Shown: piece after piece, positions 46,653-55,210 of the stretch
Numbering within the stretch: the first letter of the stretch is position 1
Layout of the letters: each line of letters starts with the position of its first letter
Source: an uncultured Methanosarcinales archaeon
GTDB lineage: Archaea > Nanobdellota > Nanobdellia > Woesearchaeales > DSVV01
DNA: 63,474 bases
NCBI GenBank assembly: GCA_964390375.1
Contig: CAYMIF010000003.1
Location: 1-63,474, forward strand
Direction: 5' to 3'
The notes under the pieces: generated by a model
Databases searched by the model: none
The model's input: only the letters and a program-made list of their open reading frames with translations
What the model was told of the DNA's origin: nothing
Translations under genes and position numbers: made by a program

Positions 46653-47804
46653 TCAGTTCCGAAATAACCGAAGGACATCATTTAGCCCGAGCCTGATCCA
46701 GTAGATCTTCACCATGTTAAGGAAATTGCCTCTGTTTAAGAGAAGAAGTATGATGCCGATGAACATGAATGGCGCGAACGGGATTGTATGTGATATGCGC
46801 ACGCTGTGCTGGCTGAACCTCCCGCTCGAATGCAGCTTTTGGAGCTCTTTTATGTTCTCCTTGTTCAGCCCTTCAGGAAAATACTCTATCGCCTGGCTTT
46901 GGGTAGTGCTGCGAAACAGCGAGTTTAGGCTGTAGAATATGTTCTTCTCTGTATGATATCTGACCTTCTCCTTGCCATCTTTCTTGTCCTTTTCCTTGAT
47001 TATCCTCTCTGCCAGGACCATCCCGGGTTTCAGCCTCTCGATCTGCACCTCTTCAGTCAGGTACTCATAGCTGAGGTTCAGGACAAAATACCGAAGTACG
47101 ATGTATGAGGCGACAAGTTTCAGTGACATCAGGATGAATTGGCCTGAGCTGATTGTCTCATAATCAAAAACAGCCCGGATGATTGCCAGTATCAGAAGTG
47201 CGATCTTCATCTTCATGCTCTTGTTCGAGAGTGTCTCTATGAATAGGAAGAAGAACACGAATCTTCCGAAGAATCCCGGGTCGATGTTGAATGGTCCTAA
47301 AATCAGGGTCAATATCCAGTCGCCGACAAAGAAATAGAGAAATATCATCCCGATCAATCTCAGCTTGAACTTTTTGAAGACATCGATCTTCTGCTGGGTT
47401 GTCGTCCTGGTCAGGCACAGGTAAAGGTAATAGATGAACATGGGTATGAATGTATTGATGAGGATTATTATCGCCTGGAAATATGGAAACTCCGAGAATT
47501 GGTATGCAGACATTGGAACAAGCATCGAAAACGCAAAGAAAAGTTTCGCATCCCCAGCACTCCAAAGACCGGCAAGCCATATGAATATCCCGAATGCAAG
47601 AGCGATCCCGGAGCTAAGCAGCAGCTTTGCGATATCCAGGTAGCCGATCACCTGAAATGCCACTAGAATGATATTGACCAAAATGCTGTACCCAAGTCCA
47701 AACAGGATCATGTTGTTCCTGATCTTCCCGTACCTGATATCTGTATAGCTTGTGACTGCCCCGAGGACCAATATCCCGGGAAGGAAAGCATATATAGGGT
47801 CCAT
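46653..47804 (-). CDS. A24 family (prepilin/TadV-like) aspartic peptidase, extended multi-TM form
   Basis: SYTDIRYGKIRN (first Asp), WSAGDAKLF (second Asp) and a C-terminal IPFAPFMFIG. Start moved to the ATG at 47804. Confidence 0.88.
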   Translation of the reverse strand: MDPIYAFLPGILVLGAVTSYTDIRYGKIRNNMILFGLGYSILVNIILVAFQVIGYLDIAKLLLSSGIALAFGIFIWLAGLWSAGDAKLFFAFSMLVPMSAYQFSEFPYFQAIIILINTFIPMFIYYLYLCLTRTTTQQKIDVFKKFKLRLIGMIFLYFFVGDWILTLILGPFNIDPGFFGRFVFFFLFIETLSNKSMKMKIALLILAIIRAVFDYETISSGQFILMSLKLVASYIVLRYFVLNLSYEYLTEEVQIERLKPGMVLAERIIKEKDKKDGKEKVRYHTEKNIFYSLNSLFRSTTQSQAIEYFPEGLNKENIKELQKLHSSGRFSQHSVRISHTIPFAPFMFIGIILLLLNRGNFLNMVKIYWIRLGLNDVLRLFRN

Positions 47805-47913
47805 GCCGAATCTGCAAAAGAATATGGAATATAAATCTTTGCATAACTTTGGATTTAACATATAATCGCAACATTTATAAGTGTTCTTCAGGCAGCTGGA
47901 TCTGTGTCAGCCA

Positions 47914-48909
47914 ATGTCAAAGATAACGTTTTATGAGATAAAACCATGGGAAAAGAAATATCTGCAGAAAAACCTAAAAGAACATACATTGAAATTTTAT
48001 GAGCAGCCTCTTGGCAGCAGCAACATCGAAAAAGACTCTGAAATTATATCAACATTCATATATTCAAAACTAAATCCAGATTTTCTGAAAAAATTTCCAA
48101 AGCTTAAGTTGGTCACGACCAGATCAACCGGTTATGATCATATCAACACAGTCCTTTGCAAAAAAAAAGGCATTGCTGTATGCAATGTTCCCTATTATGG
48201 CGAGAATACTGTCGCAGAGCACACTTTCGGGCTGATACTGACTCTCTCCCGGAACATACACAAGTCCTACGTGCGCACCCAAAGGAACGATTTTTCCATA
48301 GAAGGCCTGACCGGATCTGATCTTAAGGATAAGACAATAGGTATAATCGGGGGAGGCCACATAGGGCTGCATGTGGCGCGGATGGCTCGGGCTTTCGGTA
48401 TGCATGTCAGGGTTTTCGATATAAACAGGGACAATTTCCTGGCAGAGGTAATAAACTTCAGATATACTCAGCTTGATGAATTATTGAAAATATCAGACAT
48501 AATCACCTTGCATGTCCCTTACAATAAGCACACCCATCATCTGATAAACAAGGATAACATAGGAACGATAAAAAAAGGCGCTATATTGATAAATACCTCA
48601 CGTGGAGGCGTGGTCGACACAGATGCATTGCATAATGCGCTTCGAACAAAGAAGTTAGGCGGTGCAGGGCTTGACGTAATAGAAGGTGAGGAGTATATAA
48701 AAGAGGAGCATCAGCTGCTGAAAAGCGAGAGAAATCCCCAGAAATGGAGGGCCATTGTCAGGGACCATAAGATATTCGATATGGACAATGTGGTTTTCAC
48801 GCCCCACAATGCTTTTAACAGCAAGGAGGCGTTGATGAGGATATTGGACGTAACTATTGAAAACATACAGGCATTTCTTCAGAAAAAAGACAAAAACCAG
48901 GTCAACTGA
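47914..48909 (+). CDS. D-isomer-specific 2-hydroxyacid dehydrogenase (D-lactate dehydrogenase-like)
   Basis: TRSTGYDHIN, NVPYYGENTVAEH, GIIGGGHIG, LINTSRGGVVD, GLDVIEGE and TPHNAF. Start moved to 47914. Confidence 0.92.
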   Translation: MSKITFYEIKPWEKKYLQKNLKEHTLKFYEQPLGSSNIEKDSEIISTFIYSKLNPDFLKKFPKLKLVTTRSTGYDHINTVLCKKKGIAVCNVPYYGENTVAEHTFGLILTLSRNIHKSYVRTQRNDFSIEGLTGSDLKDKTIGIIGGGHIGLHVARMARAFGMHVRVFDINRDNFLAEVINFRYTQLDELLKISDIITLHVPYNKHTHHLINKDNIGTIKKGAILINTSRGGVVDTDALHNALRTKKLGGAGLDVIEGEEYIKEEHQLLKSERNPQKWRAIVRDHKIFDMDNVVFTPHNAFNSKEALMRILDVTIENIQAFLQKKDKNQVN

Positions 48910-48993
48910 CTTTGACTATTTTCTCTTATATCCCAAAAGCAAACATTAAAAACTGATTAGTTGTTCTGCAGCACCAGGCGAGGTGTAGATTCT

Positions 48994-49881
48994 ATGAACA
49001 GGTTAGACTTGAAGGTCGGCTTTACCTGTAACAACAACTGCAGGTTCTGCGCTCAGGCCCACAAGAAGAGATTCAAAGACAGGAGGACCCAAGACCTTCT
49101 AAAAGAGCTCAGGGAGGCTAAAAAGACCTGTGATGGGGTGGTGTTCACAGGCGGCGAGCCGACTATCAGGCCGAACATCTTGGATATGGTCAGGGAAGCA
49201 AAAGACCTGGGATATCAGACCATCCAGATACAGTCCAACGGCCGCATGTTCTCTTCGATGGAATTCTGCAGGAAGATGATTGCTGCCGGAGCAACAGAAT
49301 TCTCGCCGGCACTGCACGGCCATCGGCCAGAGCTTCATGATTTTTTGACAAGATCCAAGGGAAGTTTCAGCCAGACCCTAAAAGGCATAATGAACCTCAG
49401 GAAGCTTGATCAGTTCATCCTGACAAACACAGTAGTTGCAAAGCCCAACTATCGTCATCTGCCTGCATTGGCCAGGCTCTTTGTCAGGCTTGGTGTGGAT
49501 CAGTTCCAGCTGGCTTTTGTGCATGCAGTAGGAAATGCCCAGAAATACTATGACTCTATTGTACCTGTAAAGACCCTGGCCATGCCCTACATAAAAAAAG
49601 CCATGCAGATAGGTATAGACAACAGCATCTCGGTCATGGCAGAGGCCATACCGTTCTGCATGATGACTGGGTACGAAAGATACTGCTCAGAGAATTTCAT
49701 ACCAGATACAGAGATAGCTGATCTGGATGTAAGAATAGACAATTACACGAAAGTTCGAAGGGACCAGGGTAAGACAAAATTCTCTTTTTGCTCTGATTGC
49801 AGATATGACAGTATCTGCGAAGGCCCCTGGAAGGAATACCCGGAAAAGAAAGGTGATAAGGAATTCCATCCGATAAGATGA
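48994..49881 (+). CDS. Radical SAM protein (HxsC-like)
   Basis: CNNNCRFC, FTGGEPTIR, IQSNGRMF and C-terminal CSDCRYDSICEG. GAGGTG lies upstream of the ATG at 48994. Confidence 0.9.
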   Translation: MNRLDLKVGFTCNNNCRFCAQAHKKRFKDRRTQDLLKELREAKKTCDGVVFTGGEPTIRPNILDMVREAKDLGYQTIQIQSNGRMFSSMEFCRKMIAAGATEFSPALHGHRPELHDFLTRSKGSFSQTLKGIMNLRKLDQFILTNTVVAKPNYRHLPALARLFVRLGVDQFQLAFVHAVGNAQKYYDSIVPVKTLAMPYIKKAMQIGIDNSISVMAEAIPFCMMTGYERYCSENFIPDTEIADLDVRIDNYTKVRRDQGKTKFSFCSDCRYDSICEGPWKEYPEKKGDKEFHPIR

Positions 49882-52145
49882 AAAAGGCTCAGGATGCAGT
49901 ATTTGTAAAAAAGTTCTGGATAAGCCTGACCGGCCTATGCAACAACAACTGCATCTTCTGTCTGGACGGCGAGCGAAAAGACAGGTTCCACAAGGATCCA
50001 GAAAGCATAAAAAAGGAGATATTAAAGGCAAAAGAGGACGGCGCGACAAGACTGGTCCTATCTGGTGGAGAGCCTACGATATTTCCCCAGATAATAGACA
50101 TCGTAAGATACGGGCGATCCATAGGATTCGACCGTATACAGACCATATCCAACGGCCGCATGTATGCATACAAGAGATTCACAAAAGACATGGTAGATGC
50201 AGGTCTGAATGAGGTGACTTTCTCGATTCATGGCCCGAACTCAAAGGTACATGATGCCATGACGCGCGTTCCAGGCTCCTTTCGCGAGTCCATTCTTGGG
50301 CTAAAAAATATCAGTTCAGTCCCTGGGATGATATATAACACCGACACTGTTGTCACAAGACTAAACTACATGCATCTTTTTTCGACAGTCCGCGTTCTTC
50401 ATGAGAGGTTCGATGTCTGGGAGATGAACCTGATGAACATAGTTCCTCAGGGAAATTCCATGAGATACAGGGACAAGGTGCTCTATGATTATGATGAGGT
50501 CATGCCAGAGGTAAAAAGAGTGATTGATTATTGCAGGAAAAGAGGGATTTACATCTGGCTTTCCCGTTTTCCTGAAAGAGAGCTTGAAGGCTATGAGGAT
50601 TTCATACAGGATGCCCACAAGATGATAGACGATGTCAGAGGCACATATGAGATATTCGACAGCAACGATGAGCCGCCCTGCGAGGCAGTCCGGTGCAGAT
50701 ACTGCGGAGTCGCGCCCATATGCAGCAGGATATTCCAGGTGAAAAAAAGGTTCAAGGAGCAGGGCATAACAAAGAATGAAAAAACACAAAAAGAGCTCAT
50801 AACAGATAGATCCATACTCCCTGATCTTGAACAAGAGATTGAAAGATTAGCAGGAAAAGGAAGCAGCATCAGGATAAGATACCCTAGTCCAGTTGAAAGG
50901 CTTGAGGATTGCCAAAGTTTGATGCCAAGGTTCTCAGACCTGATCCCAAGGCTTGCACAAGCACTGAAAAACTCAGATAAGATAAAGAAAATCGAGTTCA
51001 TCGACTTCCCGTTCTGCATGATCGAGGATGCGATGACCAAAGCAGGGATTCCGCATTACTCTACCCAGAACCGCTTCATCCCAGTAGTCAAGCCTTCTTA
51101 TCAGAAAAATGGAAAGCTTGACTATATCAGGGTCGCCCAAGACCTCTGTCTTGCGGTCAGGACGAATCCCAAGGTCTGTGATTCATGCATGATGCAGGGT
51201 ATCTGCCAGGGAATATTCAAGAAATACATGCGCCTATACAGCACATCTGAGCTCAGGCCCAGGTTCTGCCGTGAGCTGAGGATAGGCCTCAGATGCAATC
51301 AGGACTGTATTTTCTGCAACACCGACTCTGGTGCCATGAACATGATATCTGATGATAAAAAGATAAAGGATCAGATCACAGAATGGTCAAAACAGGGAAT
51401 AGAGCTTCTGATAATTAGCGGAGGCGAGCCTTCAATGATGAAGGGCCTGCCTTCATACATAAGGATGGCAAAAGAGCAGGGTGCAAAGCACATCGAGCTT
51501 CAGACCAACGCAGTGGTGATAGATAAGGAATATGCAAAACAGCTATCTGAGGCAGGACTAAACATGGCCTTTGTTTCATTCCACGCAATTGACGAGAATA
51601 CCAATGCATTGATAACAAGGGTCAGGGGAACGTTTGAAAAGACTGTCGCAGGTATAAAGAATCTTCTGGATAGCAAGGTCGATGTGACCCTCAACATCGT
51701 AGTCAACACTTATAACTACAAGCAGTTGAAGGGTATTGTAAGATTCATCCAGGAAAATTTCCCTGACATCAAGGCCATTACCCTCTCCTTTGTCGCACCC
51801 CTTTGTCAAGCAAGAAAAAACAAAGAGTGCATACCCTCTATATCAGAGACCCTGCCTTTCATAAAACAAGCGATAGATTATTGCAGGGCCAATGCGATGG
51901 ATATTCGGATACCAGCAAGATGCGGGATTCCGCCCTGCTTCCTTCCCGGATACGAGCATCTCTTCGACACACTCAAGGAATCAGGAAGATGGGATGATTT
52001 CGATGATAAGACAAAGCTTGATGTCTGCGCGGGCTGCAGCAACGATAGTCGCTGTTCAGGCTTGTGGGATTTCTACATAGCCATTCATGGCTCAGATGAA
52101 TTCAGCTCCTATGCAGGCAAATATGTCAAAGGTGAGGTCAGATGA
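49878..52145 (+). CDS. Double radical SAM domain protein (HxsC-like x2)
   Basis: Two motif sets, CNNNCIFC/SGGEPT and CNQDCIFC/SGGEPS. Auxiliary Cys clusters are CRYCGVAPIC, CDSCMMQGIC and CAGCSNDSRC. Confidence 0.9.
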   Translation: MKKAQDAVFVKKFWISLTGLCNNNCIFCLDGERKDRFHKDPESIKKEILKAKEDGATRLVLSGGEPTIFPQIIDIVRYGRSIGFDRIQTISNGRMYAYKRFTKDMVDAGLNEVTFSIHGPNSKVHDAMTRVPGSFRESILGLKNISSVPGMIYNTDTVVTRLNYMHLFSTVRVLHERFDVWEMNLMNIVPQGNSMRYRDKVLYDYDEVMPEVKRVIDYCRKRGIYIWLSRFPERELEGYEDFIQDAHKMIDDVRGTYEIFDSNDEPPCEAVRCRYCGVAPICSRIFQVKKRFKEQGITKNEKTQKELITDRSILPDLEQEIERLAGKGSSIRIRYPSPVERLEDCQSLMPRFSDLIPRLAQALKNSDKIKKIEFIDFPFCMIEDAMTKAGIPHYSTQNRFIPVVKPSYQKNGKLDYIRVAQDLCLAVRTNPKVCDSCMMQGICQGIFKKYMRLYSTSELRPRFCRELRIGLRCNQDCIFCNTDSGAMNMISDDKKIKDQITEWSKQGIELLIISGGEPSMMKGLPSYIRMAKEQGAKHIELQTNAVVIDKEYAKQLSEAGLNMAFVSFHAIDENTNALITRVRGTFEKTVAGIKNLLDSKVDVTLNIVVNTYNYKQLKGIVRFIQENFPDIKAITLSFVAPLCQARKNKECIPSISETLPFIKQAIDYCRANAMDIRIPARCGIPPCFLPGYEHLFDTLKESGRWDDFDDKTKLDVCAGCSNDSRCSGLWDFYIAIHGSDEFSSYAGKYVKGEVR

Positions 52146-53107
52146 CCAAAAGAAAGCCGGCCTTCATGCAGGTGACAAGAAAGTGCAACAACAGATGCGT
52201 ATTCTGCTCAAACCCTCAGTTCGAGAAGGACTACACATTCGAAGAGGCAAGAGATAGAATCAAGGAGCTGCATTCTCAGGGTGTGAATGAGATTAGCTTT
52301 ACCGGAGGCGAGCCCACGCTTGTTGAGTTCCTCCCTGACCTGATAGGATTTGCAGTGGACTTCGGCATATCTACCAGGATGATAACAAACGGTGCCAATC
52401 TTTCAGATAAAGCTCTTGTCAGGAAGCTCAGGTCCGCTGGACTGCAGGGCATAAACGTATCGGTTCACACCCACAAGGAAGAAGACTCAATAAAGCTTGG
52501 CGCAGCAGAAGGAAATTTTAAGAAGACACTGGCCGGTATAAGAAATGCAGTGGATGCAGGGTTCCATGTTGTGATAAATTCGACCATCAATTCAGTCAAC
52601 TGCAGCTATCTTTCTGACTTCATAGCTTTCTACATGAACACCTATCCGTCGGTCCGTCATTTTGTATTCAACAACCTCGATCCCGGAACAGCTGACGGAA
52701 ACATCCAGTCGCGCGCAGGCGAGAATCCCTGGATCGTCGCAAGATTGGTCGATATGGAGCTTGAGCTCTACAAGACAGCCATGCTTCTTAAGAAGAATGG
52801 CAGGACCTTCAGGATAGAGAGAGTGCCGTTGTGTTATATGCAGGGGTTTGAGGAATTCTCTACAGAGACCCGAAAGATTGTCAAGGAGGAGCAGTACATA
52901 TGCTCATTTGTTGAAAAAGACAAAGATAATGAGGTCAGGATTGTCGAGCCAGGTAGATGGAAGACTGTGGCCCCCTGCTGCGAGGTCTGCGCCCTGAATT
53001 CTATATGTGCAGCAGTCCAGAAGGAATATGCAGACCTCCACGGTCTGGATGAGCTCTACCCTGTATTCACAGACCCAAGAAAGATCAGAGAAAAGATTCT
53101 TTCATAG
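52142..53107 (+). CDS. Radical SAM protein (HxsC-like)
   Basis: CNNRCVFC, FTGGEPTL, ITNG, VPLCYM and C-terminal CEVCALNSIC. Confidence 0.9.
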   Translation: MTKRKPAFMQVTRKCNNRCVFCSNPQFEKDYTFEEARDRIKELHSQGVNEISFTGGEPTLVEFLPDLIGFAVDFGISTRMITNGANLSDKALVRKLRSAGLQGINVSVHTHKEEDSIKLGAAEGNFKKTLAGIRNAVDAGFHVVINSTINSVNCSYLSDFIAFYMNTYPSVRHFVFNNLDPGTADGNIQSRAGENPWIVARLVDMELELYKTAMLLKKNGRTFRIERVPLCYMQGFEEFSTETRKIVKEEQYICSFVEKDKDNEVRIVEPGRWKTVAPCCEVCALNSICAAVQKEYADLHGLDELYPVFTDPRKIREKILS

Positions 53108-53109
53108 CC

Positions 53110-53249
53110 TCTTCATCCAAAAAATGTGTCTGTGCCAAGGGAGGAAATATTTATGAAATACTGAGAACAGAATGTTCTCCTGATTGAGAATTTTTAATTC
53201 TCAATAAATATTTTCGTGGCCAGGCGGAGTAGTATTTTTTGGATGAAGA
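53110..53249 (+). ncRNA. Structured element copy 2 (RNA or ssDNA)
   Basis: Outer stem TCTTCATCCAAAAAAT/ATTTTTTGGATGAAGA, core GTCTGTGCCA...GTGGCCAGGCGGAGTA, and internal hairpins GAGAACA-GAA-TGTTCTC and ATTGAGAATT-TTT-AATTCTCAAT. Confidence 0.65.
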
Positions 53250-53269
53250 CCTTCTCAATTCTGATTATA

Positions 53270-54145
53270 TCACGAAAATGGCAAAAGCTCAGAATCCCCA
53301 AAAAGCTTCAGGTATTCCTCATCTATCCCAAAGCATTCTTCAGCTCTTCTGCACTCTTTGCATCTATCAGGTTTTATCCTAGGTCCATAGTCTGTGGAAT
53401 AGAACTCAGACTCGAATGGCTCTGACATGAATCTGATATTGTTTGAGAAAAGGTCATCGCAAAGATCTGATCTGCCTGATATCAGGCAAAGGGAAAAGCC
53501 TTCGACACCAGCCTTGATTCCTCTCTTCTCAGCCTCTTCACAGGCACGAACAGATGCCTCAGCACACCTGCTTATCTTCTCGACCAAAAGGTTTTTGTTC
53601 GATAAAGCAGCTCCATTGATGACAAGGCTTGCAAACTTTATCCTGTCCACGCCCATATCATCTGCAAGGCCGACAATCTCGTTCAGCTCTTCGAAGTTCA
53701 TCTTGTTGACGACAACGCTCAGGATGACGTCGACTCCTGCAGATCTCAGGTTCCTGATCCCCTGGATAGTCTGTTCAAATGCCTGTGCCTGGCTCAGCCT
53801 GTCATGGACCTCTTTTTTATGGCTGTGAAGTGAGACAAAAACCTCAGCCAGCCCGATATCGCAGCATTTCACAAGAAAATCTTTCGATGAGAACATCCTT
53901 GCGTTTGACACCATACCCGCAGAAAATCCATGATTTCTGATATGTCTGAGGATCCTGAATATATCTTTTCTGATTGTAGGTTCACCCCCTGAAAGGATAA
54001 TCTCTTTTGCGCCTGTCTTTTTTGCAGCTTCGATCTTTTTGAACGCTCCTTCAGAAGAAAGCCGCGAATCAGAGAAACGCTTCGCATGGCAGAACAGGCA
54101 GTTGTTGTTGCATTCATAGCTTAGTTTGATTATAGCCTTGCCCAT
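53270..54145 (-). CDS. Radical SAM protein (HxsC-like)
   Basis: MGKAIIKLSYECNNNCLFC, LSGGEPTIR, VSNARMF and C-terminal CKECRRAEEC. The track ORF (to 54295) is over-extended into the precursor gene. Confidence 0.88.
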   Translation of the reverse strand: MGKAIIKLSYECNNNCLFCHAKRFSDSRLSSEGAFKKIEAAKKTGAKEIILSGGEPTIRKDIFRILRHIRNHGFSAGMVSNARMFSSKDFLVKCCDIGLAEVFVSLHSHKKEVHDRLSQAQAFEQTIQGIRNLRSAGVDVILSVVVNKMNFEELNEIVGLADDMGVDRIKFASLVINGAALSNKNLLVEKISRCAEASVRACEEAEKRGIKAGVEGFSLCLISGRSDLCDDLFSNNIRFMSEPFESEFYSTDYGPRIKPDRCKECRRAEECFGIDEEYLKLFGDSELLPFS

Positions 54146-54191
54146 ATGAAAACAAGAAAAATAGCATGATTTAATTAATTTGCTGATGTCT

Positions 54192-54500
54192 TCACCACTG
54201 CCCATGCGATCCGTGCGACCCGTGTGATCCATGCGATCCGTGCGACCCATGGCTGGAATGCGACCCGTGGCTTCCATGATGTGAATGCGAGCCATTCAGG
54301 TTTCCCGGAGGAAATCCAGAGAATATAGATACATTGTTTGAATGCAGATATGCAGCCTCCACATCCTTGTTCATGATTAGCGATGACATAGCTGCACCTG
54401 AAAGTATTGCGCCGATTGTAAGAAGTGATTGTTTTGATATCTTTCCATCATCTCCGAGAAGGAATGCGTTTATCCTCTTTTTTAGTCTTGGGCACACCAT
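54192..54500 (-). CDS. hxsA: His-Xaa-Ser repeat precursor peptide (HxsA-type)
   Basis: The C-terminus is SHSH-HGS-HGS-HSS-HGS-HGS-HGS-HGS-HGS-HGQW (8 consecutive HxS). The N-terminus is a basic leader followed by a hydrophobic helix. Confidence 0.92.
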   Translation of the reverse strand: MVCPRLKKRINAFLLGDDGKISKQSLLTIGAILSGAAMSSLIMNKDVEAAYLHSNNVSIFSGFPPGNLNGSHSHHGSHGSHSSHGSHGSHGSHGSHGSHGQW

Positions 54501-54653
54501 ATCACTCCATCAGAGGATTTATATATATAAATATTTTTTGTTTGGTAGGCGCAGTCCCAAAAGTCATGGATTAGTATATGAATTTTTTTCCAATTTACTT
54601 TTTAATTATATGATTGGAAAAAATTCGACCAGAAAAACTCCATTTTTCTGAGC

Positions 54654-54757
54654 ACTGTTAAATCCGTCTGCGTCACGAGAGAGAATATTTATGAAGTAAA
54701 TATTCTCGAGACCAGACGAAGTTTTCACGAAGTGAAAACGTAGTAGGATTTAATAGT
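54654..54757 (+). ncRNA. Structured element copy 3 (RNA or ssDNA)
   Basis: Outer stem ACTGTTAAATCC/GGATTTAATAGT, core GTCTGCGTCACG...CGAGACCAGACGAA, hairpin GTTTTCAC-GAA-GTGAAAAC, then GTAGTA. Confidence 0.65.
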
Positions 54758-54796
54758 ATACAGAAAAGGTACTTTCGGGACAGCGCCGATTGGTAG

Positions 54797-54983
54797 GGCT
54801 AATATGAAATCCTAGCCGTCTGTGCCATGAGAATATATATCTTTAGGCAATATTCTCAGTTGGGCTAAGCCAACCATTTATGGTTGGCGCACGCCCTACA
54901 TGGCTGGTCTGCGGGCCAGAGCGTAGGGCCAGGCGAAACCGATGTGAAACATCGGTGAAGTAGGATAGGAGTTCATATTAGCC
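54797..54983 (+). mobile_element. Structured element copy 4 (MITE-like, same ends as copy 1)
   Basis: TIRs GGCTAATATGAAATCCTA / TAGGAGTTCATATTAGCC (17/18 complementary). It has the same core and ACCGATGTGAAACATCGGTGAAGTAGGA as copy 1, plus extra internal hairpins. Flanks GATTGGTAG/TTTTGTTAG match only 6/9. Confidence 0.7.
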
Positions 54984-55210
54984 TTTTGTTAGACTGTATT
55001 GAAAACATCTAATCCATAGGATTTGATGATGCCTGGGCCAGATTAATGCTAGCGAGGCTGATGTGAAATTTAGTTCTTGCCATGGACCGATTCCTGTGAA
55101 TTTCCCTGAGGGCCGGGAATCGGCTGAGTGAGGCTGCCTGTCACTATCAAATCCTTAAACGAGGATGATTTCAACACAGTCGTTGGCTTATAACAGAGAG
55201 GACTATCAGA

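Noticed and set aside
54146-54295. N-terminal extension of the 341-aa rSAM ORF (MARIHIMEATGRIPAMGRTDRMDH...)
   Set aside because: It is the alternative frame of the HxS repeat in hxsA. The rSAM domain starts at the ATG at 54145.
54925-54970. Hammerhead-like CGAAA-stem segment in the structured element
   Set aside because: The CUGANGA core is missing, and the base at the would-be cleavage position is G.
55180-55210. GGCTTA/ACAGAG words reminiscent of the RNase P RNA 3' end
   Set aside because: The order is wrong, and no GAGGAAAGTCC 5' element is found on either strand nearby.
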